A stretch of 21,081 nucleotides of DNA, taken from the NCBI GenBank assembly GCA_036339875.1, contig JAYZAC010000200.1:1-21081 (forward strand), given 5' to 3'. Origin of the DNA: a bacterium. GTDB lineage: Bacteria > Muiribacteriota > UBA6191. Below, in pieces: positions 1 to 9,144 of the stretch. The translations under genes and the position numbers were made by a program. The notes beneath the pieces are model-generated. The model was not told the DNA's origin. It did not search any database and saw only the letters and a list, made by a program, of their open reading frames with translations. Position 1 is the first letter of the stretch. Each line of letters begins with the position of its first letter.

Positions 1-120
1 AATGGATGGTTAGATTACGACAGCTGTTTGATAGAAAGTCTGACCTCCCTTAAAAGAGCAGGTGCCAAATTAATTTTCACTTACGCTGCTGTTGAGGCCA
101 GTAAGCTGCTTCGAAAATAG
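1..120 (+). CDS. hemB: Porphobilinogen synthase (delta-aminolevulinic acid dehydratase), C-terminal fragment; 5' part outside window
   Basis: Frame 1 reads NGWLDYDSCLIESLTSLKRAGAKLIFTYAAVEASKLLRK* (TAG 118-120), matching the HemB C-terminal pattern GWLD...ESL..xKRAGA..I.TY.A. Not in the ORF track. Confidence 0.92.
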   Translation, partial: NGWLDYDSCLIESLTSLKRAGAKLIFTYAAVEASKLLRK

Positions 121-128
121 AAACAGTT

Positions 129-1136
129 ATGATTCACGCTAAAGCACTTAGTAAAAGTTTTCGTTCTTATATTAAACAGCCCGGTCTTGTGGGCTCTGTG
201 AAGAGCTTCTTCTCGAGAGAGTGGACCACTAAGCACGCTGTAGAAAACTTTGATCTTGAAGTGCAAGGTGGAGAAATAGTTGGTCTACTAGGGCCCAATG
301 GAGCCGGTAAAACTACTTTAATGAAAATGTTTACAGGAATTATTGTACCAAGCTCTGGTAGTGTGAATGTGATTGGCTATAAGCCTTTTGAACGCAGCAT
401 TGCTTTTCGTCAACAAATCGCTTTGGTAATGGGTCAAAAATCGCAACTATGGTGGGATATTCCAGCATTGGACTCGTTACACTTACTAGGAAGTTACTAC
501 GAAATCCCCGAGGCTGAACTAAAGTCACGAATCGCTCATTTGGCTGAATTACTTCAAGTGAGTGATTTACTTAAAATCCATGTACGTAAATTATCATTAG
601 GTGAACGCATGAAGATGGAATTGATGTCCTGTCTTCTACACAAACCAAGTATAATTTTTTTAGATGAACCAACAATTGGACTCGACCTTGTGGCTCAAAA
701 AACGATTCGTAGGTTTTTATTGGATTACCACGAACAACATAAGCCTACAATCATTCTCACTTCCCATTATATGGCCGATGTTAGCGCTCTTTGTAGACGT
801 ATTGTTCTCGTCCTTGATGGTCAAAAGCAATTTGATGGACCCCTAGAAAAATTTGCCCAGATTCTAGGCACAGAAAAATTTGTAAAGTTTCAGTTTGCCG
901 AAAGTCAAAATCCGAATTCTGAAAGTTTTCAAGGTTTCAAAGCAACTTGGAATCCAGAGTACACCAGGGTTGAAATGCAAATTCCTGAGAAGAATTTACG
1001 TGACGCGAGTATTAAAATACTTACTAATCATGCAGTGGTAGATTTTCACACTGAGAAGTTGGCAATTGAAAGAGTCATGGATGAACTTATGAGTAACCCT
1101 GCGCTAGCCGCATCTACACAGAATCATGCAGGCTGA
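129..1136 (+). CDS. ABC-2 type exporter ATP-binding protein
   Basis: Walker A GPNGAGKTT, signature LSLGE, Walker B IIFLDEPT, H-loop TSH, and the GQKSQLWWD segment typical of this subfamily. Confidence 0.95.
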   Translation: MIHAKALSKSFRSYIKQPGLVGSVKSFFSREWTTKHAVENFDLEVQGGEIVGLLGPNGAGKTTLMKMFTGIIVPSSGSVNVIGYKPFERSIAFRQQIALVMGQKSQLWWDIPALDSLHLLGSYYEIPEAELKSRIAHLAELLQVSDLLKIHVRKLSLGERMKMELMSCLLHKPSIIFLDEPTIGLDLVAQKTIRRFLLDYHEQHKPTIILTSHYMADVSALCRRIVLVLDGQKQFDGPLEKFAQILGTEKFVKFQFAESQNPNSESFQGFKATWNPEYTRVEMQIPEKNLRDASIKILTNHAVVDFHTEKLAIERVMDELMSNPALAASTQNHAG

Positions 1137-1926
1137 ACTTAGAAAATGGAGAGCCACTTTTGAAGTGAGTTGGACCAATCATCTAGCTTACAGATTAAAT
1201 TTTATACTCTTGGTTTTTGGGCCCGCACTGGTCTTCTTTTTCATTAAATATAATTTATGGAAATCCATTTATACCATGCCAGGTATTACCGTACTTCAAG
1301 GTTATGATTTTGATCAAATGTTGCAATACCAACTGCTAGTACTAATTGTCTCTTTGATGGCTCAGGGTCACAATAGTATGAAGTTAGCAGACGATATCAG
1401 GCTAGGACGCATTAGTTCCTATCTTATATACCCATTTAGCTTTTTTAAGTTTCACACAGCATCTTTCTTAGCTTTTCAAGGAATTCAAGTTTTAATTTGC
1501 GGCTTTACAATTAGCTTTTTAATGATCATACCGCTGGTTACATTTTCTGATTTTAACTCTGTAATGAGGGGCTTATATTTTGCCAGCTTAGTTAGCTTTT
1601 TATGGTTTCAACTGCAATTTTTAGTCGGGCTATTGGCTTTCTGGCTAGAAGAGACATGGATTCTTCGAGTTATTTTAATGACGACTGCCCAATTTTTGAG
1701 CGGTGCGATTCTACCTTTAGAGTTTTATCCACAGAGCTTCGTGAAGTTTTTAGATTACACACCCTTCCCTTATCTAACCTATATTCCAATAAAAATCTTC
1801 CAAGGAGATTCCATCAACCTTCTTAACGCTAGTTTAGTCTTATTGTTTTGGAGTCTTTTTGTATATGCCATAAACCACATACTATTCAAAAGAGGAGTAC
1901 GACTGTATACGGCAGCGGGTATGTAA
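1126..1926 (+). CDS. ABC-2 family permease (ABC-2_6/DUF990-like)
   Basis: About 6 hydrophobic segments; motifs DIRLGRISSYLIYP, LSGAILPL.FYP and C-terminal GVRLYTAAG. Overlaps the ATPase by 11 nt. Confidence 0.9.
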   Translation: MQAELRKWRATFEVSWTNHLAYRLNFILLVFGPALVFFFIKYNLWKSIYTMPGITVLQGYDFDQMLQYQLLVLIVSLMAQGHNSMKLADDIRLGRISSYLIYPFSFFKFHTASFLAFQGIQVLICGFTISFLMIIPLVTFSDFNSVMRGLYFASLVSFLWFQLQFLVGLLAFWLEETWILRVILMTTAQFLSGAILPLEFYPQSFVKFLDYTPFPYLTYIPIKIFQGDSINLLNASLVLLFWSLFVYAINHILFKRGVRLYTAAGM

Positions 1927-2720
1927 TGATTAAAACAATTAAAAAATACAGTCGAGTGTATCGTCATTTTGTTTCCACCAGTATTGCTCTGGGTACGAGT
2001 TTTCGTTTGCACTTTGTGCTTTTGATATTGATGGATCTTCTTTTTTATTTTTCCTCGTTAGCATCAGTAAGCTTCATATTTGATCATGTGAATCAGATAG
2101 GTCCCTGGCAACGCACAGAATTTATGTTTTTTGTTTGCTTCATGCTTGCTGTAGACCATTTGCACATGACCTTTGTCAGTGAAAGTTTTTGGGAGTTATC
2201 TCATCAGATTCGCACCGGTTCCCTCGATTTTCTACTACTTAAACCTATCGGTACGGTATTTCATGCTTTTCTACGTTTTATTCGTCCAGCCAGTGCCCTA
2301 AATATCGTCGTTACTTGGGGTCTACTGATATATTACGGACAAGCTATTGGGCTATTGTGGTGGCAGTGGATTCTGATGCCAATCTTGATGCTCTTGTCCT
2401 TAACTCTTCTTGTTACAATGGAGATTCTGGTTTCTTGCAGTATGTTTATAACCATAGAAAGCTTTGGAATCAACTTTTTACGAATGCAACTACAACAGCT
2501 TGCGCGCTGGCCAGATTTCGTCTATCGACTATGGGCTAGAAGGATACTCACCTTTGGTCTGCCTGTCATACTAGTAGGCTCGGCTCCCGTTCACTGGCTA
2601 CTTTCCCCTTTTGAATTTAAGTTCATGGCTTACATGTTTTTAGCTATAATTGTCATGTGGTTAATTATCGCACCGGTTTGGAGGCTTTCTTTAAGCCGTT
2701 ATGAAAGTGCATCTAGTTAG
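1926..2720 (+). CDS. ABC-2 family permease, second subunit
   Basis: IRTGSLDFLLLKP motif, C-terminal RYESASS, multiple TM segments. Start moved from ORF-track 1848 to ATG 1926, which overlaps the upstream stop (TAATG). Confidence 0.9.
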   Translation: MIKTIKKYSRVYRHFVSTSIALGTSFRLHFVLLILMDLLFYFSSLASVSFIFDHVNQIGPWQRTEFMFFVCFMLAVDHLHMTFVSESFWELSHQIRTGSLDFLLLKPIGTVFHAFLRFIRPASALNIVVTWGLLIYYGQAIGLLWWQWILMPILMLLSLTLLVTMEILVSCSMFITIESFGINFLRMQLQQLARWPDFVYRLWARRILTFGLPVILVGSAPVHWLLSPFEFKFMAYMFLAIIVMWLIIAPVWRLSLSRYESASS

Positions 2721-2725
2721 ATATT

Positions 2726-3661
2726 ATGGCAAAAATTTTTGGAATTCAGTCAAAAGGACTCGTAAGTAAACTTTCCGATTCTGAAGAAGCACATCTGCTT
2801 CGCCTACAAGATAGTCTGCAAACTATACCAGTGGGTGCAGAGTCTCTTAAAATAAGTTTGTTGAACCTTAGTGTAATGGCCTCTGATTTTGAACTCATGG
2901 AAACTCATAGAATTGAATTACCAGATGATCTTCAATCATTGCGATTCAAAATAGAAGCCTTACAGTCAGCAGTTAGTCCACAAGACCATCTTTTTCGAAT
3001 TTTCGAACTGATTCAATCTTTAGAAGACTGGACAATCCAATTTGACTCGCCCAGAGTTTTTGGCAAACAACGCAAGTCCTCGCTGCTGAATAAAATTCTA
3101 GAGCAAATCCGTGAAGAATTTTTACTAAAGATGACAAGCTTACTTGAAGAATTACGGGAAAATTTAAAAGCTCTTCGACAGTCAGGTAAGAGATTAGATC
3201 AAAAGCCTACAGAAAAACCGCAACAAGAGCAAGGAGCTCTTCAACAAATAAAAGATGTTATTGCGAAGCCCGAAAGTGACTTGATAATACCCAACAAAAA
3301 AGTTCATAAAAATAATTTGCGTGAATTAATACGTGAGTTCCTGACCCATTTGCATCAGCTACCCAATTCAGAGATTCAATCTCATCTCAAGTGGCTTAAT
3401 CTAGTTGAAGAAGAAGTGCAAAGTGCAAAAGCACGCTGTTTAGAAGTTGATCGAGATTTCTTTAGTCACTGGGCCACAGAGATGAAAAAAAGTGATTTAC
3501 TTGAGGCACTACTGGATAGCTACGATCAGAAAATCTATCAAACCAATCAAAGAAATGATCTTAGTGAGGATGAAAAGCTTAAACGCGTAAAGCTATGGAA
3601 GACTTTGCAGCAGTTTGAAATTGAAAGACTCAAGGGAGTCCAGGAGAATCTTGAAGACTGA
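2726..3661 (+). CDS. Hypothetical protein, predicted helical/coiled-coil, cytoplasmic
   Basis: 311-aa ORF 5 nt after the permease stop; L/E/K/Q-rich; no signal peptide or recognised motif. Confidence 0.75.
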   Translation: MAKIFGIQSKGLVSKLSDSEEAHLLRLQDSLQTIPVGAESLKISLLNLSVMASDFELMETHRIELPDDLQSLRFKIEALQSAVSPQDHLFRIFELIQSLEDWTIQFDSPRVFGKQRKSSLLNKILEQIREEFLLKMTSLLEELRENLKALRQSGKRLDQKPTEKPQQEQGALQQIKDVIAKPESDLIIPNKKVHKNNLRELIREFLTHLHQLPNSEIQSHLKWLNLVEEEVQSAKARCLEVDRDFFSHWATEMKKSDLLEALLDSYDQKIYQTNQRNDLSEDEKLKRVKLWKTLQQFEIERLKGVQENLED

Positions 3662-5069
3662 GGAACCTAAAACTCCACTGGTGGAGTATCAGGTTGAAGA
3701 GTTGATTCTCAAAGCCTTATTTTCCACAATGCTTGATCAAGGTAAGTGGCTTGAAAATGGAGAACTGTACTATGACTGTCTTAATCAAAGACTTACACTC
3801 GATGATTCTAAAATCCGTCAATTACTCCATGAATATGGTACAACTTCCTCGATTGAAAACGGTCCTCAAACCTTCAAGAAAGAACTACAAAATATAATAA
3901 ATCAAGCGGTTCACAAGAATCGAGCTGCTAGATTATTGGGACCATTAATTGATGCTACCCAATGGAAACTAAATTTTGAGACTGCTGAACTTGCCAATAT
4001 TAGAACCTCAAAAACAGATGAAGATGTAAACGATAATCCAGTTTGTAAAAGTAACAAATCAAAAGAACCTGTTTGTGGTTCAAGCATACGCTTACCCACA
4101 AAATTTAAGGGAGCTCAACGCATTAATGATCAGATGCAGGCTCTACAATCTAAGCGACCGAAATCAGGTTTATCGCATCTATTCTTACTACTTGCATGGC
4201 AGCGAGACCTTACGAGATTAAGTATTTCTATCGGACTCGCTATTGCTTGTTTCACTCAAGGTATTCTTACACTTCCAATGGAGTGGCGTATTTTTGGCGC
4301 ATCGACTTCAATCGCTACTGGTCTTATCAAAGAAGTTAAATCAAAATCTTTACTCAGCCCTCTGCAAGAGATTCGTTTTGAATTTGAAGTATCTGGATAC
4401 TTGATCAAAAGTCAGTGCTATATACCAACTAGTTATAGAATGAAAGTAAATCAAGAAGTCGAAATAGAGTTTACTGAGGATGACCCCGAATATGCGCGCA
4501 TCGTAGGTGCTTATCACAACCCAATCGATGCTTTCGTTCTTTACACAATAATTGTTTTTATCGTTATTTCATATTTAACTAAGGCTTCGATTATCAGGGG
4601 CTTGAACTACGCCCGTATTTTATCTGAAGGTAGAGTGCGTCTAGCACGAATAATTTCCCACAAAGCCCTAGGTGATATAGATCGAATTATTGCGATCACC
4701 CGCTATCTTCCTATACGTCAGTCGCAGGCTCGCTTAGTAGAACTAGAATATGAGCATTTAAACAAAACAATAAACCTACAGGTTATGGCTCATAATCTAA
4801 GTGATTCAGTAAATGAAAACCACAAAGTGATTTTAATTGATCCGCAAAATCCAAAATTTGGTGTAATTGTGGATGATCTAAATGATTTTTTAACATTAAA
4901 TCCAAAGTACGGCTTTGAATTAAGCTCATGCCTTCAATATGACAAAATTATTGCCCAACTGGGCTTTATACCCTTGGCTTGGTTTCTATTTGGTTATGGT
5001 TTGGAAAGTTTTTTTGCCATGATTTCAAACTCATTTAATGCCCTTCGAGAAAACTTACTTAAGCTGTAA
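3651..5069 (+). CDS. Hypothetical membrane protein with two DUF3592-like modules
   Basis: Long ORF with three hydrophobic segments separated by beta-rich units ending VEIEFTEDDPEYARI and KVILIDPQNPKFGVI. TTG 3651 preferred as start (AGGAG at 3642-3646); ORF track gives 3615. Confidence 0.7.
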   Translation: MKTEEPKTPLVEYQVEELILKALFSTMLDQGKWLENGELYYDCLNQRLTLDDSKIRQLLHEYGTTSSIENGPQTFKKELQNIINQAVHKNRAARLLGPLIDATQWKLNFETAELANIRTSKTDEDVNDNPVCKSNKSKEPVCGSSIRLPTKFKGAQRINDQMQALQSKRPKSGLSHLFLLLAWQRDLTRLSISIGLAIACFTQGILTLPMEWRIFGASTSIATGLIKEVKSKSLLSPLQEIRFEFEVSGYLIKSQCYIPTSYRMKVNQEVEIEFTEDDPEYARIVGAYHNPIDAFVLYTIIVFIVISYLTKASIIRGLNYARILSEGRVRLARIISHKALGDIDRIIAITRYLPIRQSQARLVELEYEHLNKTINLQVMAHNLSDSVNENHKVILIDPQNPKFGVIVDDLNDFLTLNPKYGFELSSCLQYDKIIAQLGFIPLAWFLFGYGLESFFAMISNSFNALRENLLKL

Positions 5070-5101
5070 AGCTAATAAGAGTAAGAATAGTGCCGAAAAT
5101 C

Positions 5102-5110
5102 TGATAGAAT
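5102..5110 (+). promoter_or_regulatory. Putative extended -10 promoter element (TGn-TAGAAT)
   Basis: TGATAGAAT ends 7 nt before ATG 5118. Confidence 0.4.
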
Positions 5111-5117
5111 GCACATT

Positions 5118-8100
5118 ATGTGGCAATTTAAGCATAAAATTGTTCTTCTTTTTCTATTGTTGGCCGGTTTGTCGACGCTAAAAGCCGATGGCGTCGATCT
5201 CCATAAACTCGGTCATATCCGGCATTTGATGGGTGCTTGGGGGCCCCAACATCTTTTGACAGAAACCCAGAGGGAGGGTTTTCTGGTTTGGGGCAAATTA
5301 CAAGTCGCCAATCGTAAATTACCTTTTCTGGCAGTGAATTCGGTGCCGTCTCTCGTAATAATTGGATTCGATCAAGATAATTTTTTCTCAATTGGTCATA
5401 GTCAATGGAATGAGACATCTTGGAAAAGTCTAGGTTCGAATATTCGCGAACCATTCTCTACTTGGGTTAAATCTTCAATGACCACCAAAGCAATCGTAAA
5501 TCTGTGTATGAAAATTCAGATACCTGGGCGTGGTCAGCAAACTATGCGTTGCCAGGAAGTCTCTGAAGAGCAAATGCGCCAACTACTAGCCACTGGTGAT
5601 TTGACACTCACTGAAGCCCATACACAAGATAATTTTTACCTACAGCCAACTTACAAATTTTATCAGGCAAACCATAGCTGGCGATTTCAAACTTCACCGC
5701 AAGATGCAGAGTTCTTAGGCATACCAGTCACGCAAAAACTCAACGTCCTTCCAATAAAAGACCAGAAAATCAAAACTTTTGTGGACTGGCTTCGCAATGA
5801 TGAACTTAAACCTTATTCGGTATTCTTGCAGTCAATGAAGCGTATGAGTCTGCAACCCATGACGCAATTAAAAGATAATCTGTGGACCAACGGGCATGAA
5901 ATTGTACAAATTAATCAAGATGGAGAGAAATGGAAGCTTTATCTCTCTTCTGGTGGCGTTCTCGAATCGCAAATCAATCGTGAAATGCATCACCTACTCC
6001 GCTTTGAAGATGCGGTGCAATGGAAATGGAATGATGAGTTATTAATTAGAGGAAAAACAACTTTAGGAGAACTTCCAATTGGGAAAATGCAATATAGAGA
6101 AGCTCCACAAAACAGTAACTTAACTTCGATAGATATGCAATATCGTTGGGGGCCAATTCACTGGCGTGAAATCTATTCTGAGCAAAGACTGGACCCTGAA
6201 AGTCAAAGTCTCAAGATGGAAACAGAAATGCTTTTTCCAGAAGGTTGGCAACGTACCAGTCTTTTATTAGACCATAGTTCATATAAGCTTGAAGGCCAGG
6301 CTTTGGGGCAAATGCTCGAGTCTCAAATCAGTATTAGCATGACTATGCCCATACCCAATTCGCCTTACTCTCCAGCTCCCTATCATTTGAAATTACAACC
6401 CTCTGATACACTCATGTATGAGGTACGTGAGGCAGCTTTTCAGGCTATGCGTGAAGAACTTGAAAAGGACCATACCGCTGATGAAAAACAAAAAAAGCGT
6501 TTAGTGAATAATCCTGACTTTGGTACACGGATGGAGCCCGGTATGCATAGTGATGATCACGCACTCACTCATGATCAAAGACTAGAACTTCTAGATCTAC
6601 AGATCTTGCAGGAGGAGTTGACCATCGAACATGCTAAAGTACTGCAAGCTCTAGAATCTCAAGCTAAATTACGAGAAAAATGGCTCGCTAAGAAAAAGCA
6701 AACTCAGAAAGAACTAGAGAAAATGCAATCGATGCTGGCTAAAGAATGGGTTGATTTGCCTGAATATCAAAATATGTGGACCGATCTGAAAGCATCAATG
6801 AAGCAAGTTGAAGGTTCACAAGCAAAACAAAAGCAAGAATCGACAGAGGCAAATACTGAATCTGTTCCTCAAATTGGTAAAACCACTACCGCTGCAGAAA
6901 AATTGAATGGCCTAAGAATGAAAGACGATAAAGAGGGCATGAATGAGTTAATGGAGGCTATGCGAGATTCTGACAAACTTGAATTAGCCCTTACTAAGCG
7001 TATTCAACAACATGAAACTTTTCTTGAGACCTTACGACTTAGGTCTGACCGACTGGAAACTCGAAGGCAGCAGATAGAGGCTAGGCAGAAACGTTTCTCA
7101 AGATTACATGCTAGAAGAGGTGATAGTCTCAAGGTATGGAAAGAATATCTCGATGCTGCTAAAAAGGTAATGGCTGAAAACGACCCTAAGCGCTTTCTAA
7201 GAGAAAACCCAGACCCTGGCGAAACCGAACAATGTGCTAAATCAAGCTGTAAGAAATCTATTACAAAATGCAATGGACGGCCACGAAAATGTAGTAAGAT
7301 TTGTATCGAGTGGAATCAGAAATGTGTAACCATAGAGCACCCTGAACGAGGAAATTGGAGGCTTGATCTTAAAGCACGCCGAGAAGCATATTCAATGGCT
7401 GCCTATCATGTGACTCGCTACAAACAATTAATTGCATTAAATAATCAACGGTCCGAACAATTAAACGGTAGTCGCAGCAATATGGAAATTGCTCATCTCG
7501 ACGCTGAACTTAATGAAGTTAAAAATGATCAGGCTCTCGCTCAATCAAAACTAAATGCCCTCAATAAAGAACTATCTCAACATATCTTGCAACAGGAGCA
7601 ACTAGACCTGCAGGACTTCACTTTTGCAGAAGACTTAAAATCATTTAGAAAAAAATATAACGAAATTAAGCGCAAGTATAATTCGGCCAATGAACCCATT
7701 ACTAAACTTGCAAAGGTTCTTGAGCTAAATTCTCTTGCTATTAAACAGCAGGCTAGATTTCTAAAGCGCTGGAAGACTGCCAATGAACAACTTAATGATC
7801 TTGATGATCGTGAAGCGCCTTTAAGGCTCAAAAGAGCAAGTCTTGAAGATAAGTTACTACAGAATTTTGAAGAAAATGCAGCTCTAAGAAGTCAAGCTAG
7901 CAGTGAGAATCAAATCGCTAGAATGCAAAGCGTACCACGACCGCCTGTAAAAAAATCGCAACGTAAAATTAGTAGTGTTCGGCGCCAAACCTTGCAAATC
8001 ATTGATTCTCGTATGGATCGAGTTAAAACATTCATTGAACAGCATGAGCAAGATAGTGGAGCGAGTTTCATTTACTTCAAGCTACTGTACCTAAAATATA

Positions 8101-8375
8101 GCGATGATCTACAAGCTAAGCGCAGTGATTATGTGGAATGTGATGCTGAAATTGAACTTTTTGGTCAAACCTTTGTCATGCGAACTTTTCCGTGGGATCG
8201 AAGTCTAGAATCACTAAAAGAGCACATTCGTCAACAACTACCATTCTTATTGGAACAGCGTCAATTAGAGATTTATGATTTGCCCGACACTAGACGTTTA
8301 TTTGAAAACAGTTTAAGTCTTGACTCTGTCGAGCATCCTGAATCAAAGCTAAAACTTCAAGATGGTCCAAACTAA
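5118..8375 (+). CDS. Large secreted protein: beta-rich N-terminal half, long coiled coil with a 6-Cys insert
   Basis: Signal-peptide-like start MWQFKHKIVLLFLLLAGLSTLKA; heptad-rich E/K/Q/L region at about aa 450-940; Cys cluster at 7233-7325. Start is 5109 or 5118. Confidence 0.8.
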   Translation: MWQFKHKIVLLFLLLAGLSTLKADGVDLHKLGHIRHLMGAWGPQHLLTETQREGFLVWGKLQVANRKLPFLAVNSVPSLVIIGFDQDNFFSIGHSQWNETSWKSLGSNIREPFSTWVKSSMTTKAIVNLCMKIQIPGRGQQTMRCQEVSEEQMRQLLATGDLTLTEAHTQDNFYLQPTYKFYQANHSWRFQTSPQDAEFLGIPVTQKLNVLPIKDQKIKTFVDWLRNDELKPYSVFLQSMKRMSLQPMTQLKDNLWTNGHEIVQINQDGEKWKLYLSSGGVLESQINREMHHLLRFEDAVQWKWNDELLIRGKTTLGELPIGKMQYREAPQNSNLTSIDMQYRWGPIHWREIYSEQRLDPESQSLKMETEMLFPEGWQRTSLLLDHSSYKLEGQALGQMLESQISISMTMPIPNSPYSPAPYHLKLQPSDTLMYEVREAAFQAMREELEKDHTADEKQKKRLVNNPDFGTRMEPGMHSDDHALTHDQRLELLDLQILQEELTIEHAKVLQALESQAKLREKWLAKKKQTQKELEKMQSMLAKEWVDLPEYQNMWTDLKASMKQVEGSQAKQKQESTEANTESVPQIGKTTTAAEKLNGLRMKDDKEGMNELMEAMRDSDKLELALTKRIQQHETFLETLRLRSDRLETRRQQIEARQKRFSRLHARRGDSLKVWKEYLDAAKKVMAENDPKRFLRENPDPGETEQCAKSSCKKSITKCNGRPRKCSKICIEWNQKCVTIEHPERGNWRLDLKARREAYSMAAYHVTRYKQLIALNNQRSEQLNGSRSNMEIAHLDAELNEVKNDQALAQSKLNALNKELSQHILQQEQLDLQDFTFAEDLKSFRKKYNEIKRKYNSANEPITKLAKVLELNSLAIKQQARFLKRWKTANEQLNDLDDREAPLRLKRASLEDKLLQNFEENAALRSQASSENQIARMQSVPRPPVKKSQRKISSVRRQTLQIIDSRMDRVKTFIEQHEQDSGASFIYFKLLYLKYSDDLQAKRSDYVECDAEIELFGQTFVMRTFPWDRSLESLKEHIRQQLPFLLEQRQLEIYDLPDTRRLFENSLSLDSVEHPESKLKLQDGPN

Positions 8376-8477
8376 TATTATGCAATTGTCGAGCATTTTG
8401 AAGCTTAATCAGTAAGAATTGTTCACCTGTCAAAAGCGTCTTGAGCAGATTCATAGATATTACTCTAAAATGTAGAG

Positions 8478-8831
8478 ATGTTGATATTAGTATTGAGCAT
8501 CTTTTTAGCTAACTCAGTAATAGCAAGAAGCGAAACACCTGTTCGTTTGAAAATCGATCGACAACACTCGATTCAACCCGGTATGATCGATAGCCGTCCT
8601 TCTTACCAACATCAGATTTTTCAAAAAGAGAGTCGTTATTTATACAGAGTAAATAAACTTAATCATCACAAATGGTCAGAGATTAGACCACCAGCCCAAG
8701 CATACAACCGTCGTGTTTGGCCAAAGCAAGAGTATAAACTTTTCGCACCCAACAAGTACTTTAAGTACTATCACTCACAAAAACTGCGAAATCATTACCT
8801 CAGACAAATTGATCGCAAACATTTTCAATAA
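8478..8831 (+). CDS. Small basic secreted hypothetical protein
   Basis: Signal peptide MLILVLSIFLANSVIA; mature part rich in R/K/H/Y/Q; shares a motif with 12263..12661. Confidence 0.7.
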   Translation: MLILVLSIFLANSVIARSETPVRLKIDRQHSIQPGMIDSRPSYQHQIFQKESRYLYRVNKLNHHKWSEIRPPAQAYNRRVWPKQEYKLFAPNKYFKYYHSQKLRNHYLRQIDRKHFQ

Positions 8832-8841
8832 ACTGATCAAA

Positions 8842-9144
8842 CTAGTAATTGGGCACCAAACGGCAGCCGTATCTTGGTCCGTCATAAACCGCTTTAGCAG
8901 CAAAGCTAAAGCCCCATGCTAGGACTTCCTTTTCAGCTTCAAGAACCTGATAACCACTAACGTCAAACATCTGTCTTCCGTACTCTTGACAATAGTTCTT
9001 AGTTTGCTTCTCAACGAAAATACAAGAGCAAACTTCCTTGGCAAAATTATTAGGAATAATCTTAAAAAACTTAGGTGCACAACCTTGCATTCCAAAACAT
9101 GAAATTAATAGTAAGCAAAATGTAATCAGCCCTAGATTTCTCAT
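8842..9144 (-). CDS. Small Cys-containing (lipo)protein, partner of the upstream serine hydrolase
   Basis: Signal peptide with possible lipobox (LISC or MQGC); motifs AKEVCSCIFV and KAVYDGPRYGCRL; ATGA overlap with the hydrolase stop. Confidence 0.8.
   Translation of the reverse strand: MRNLGLITFCLLLISCFGMQGCAPKFFKIIPNNFAKEVCSCIFVEKQTKNYCQEYGRQMFDVSGYQVLEAEKEVLAWGFSFAAKAVYDGPRYGCRLVPNY

Noticed and set aside
5118..8375. SMC/Rad50-like ATPase with a zinc hook
   Set aside because: No Walker A/B motifs, a signal peptide is present, and the Cys cluster is not a single CxxC hook.
8327..8396. 10-bp direct repeat TGTCGAGCAT (8327-8336 and 8387-8396)
   Set aside because: Only two short copies, one inside a CDS; no array and no mobile-element context.
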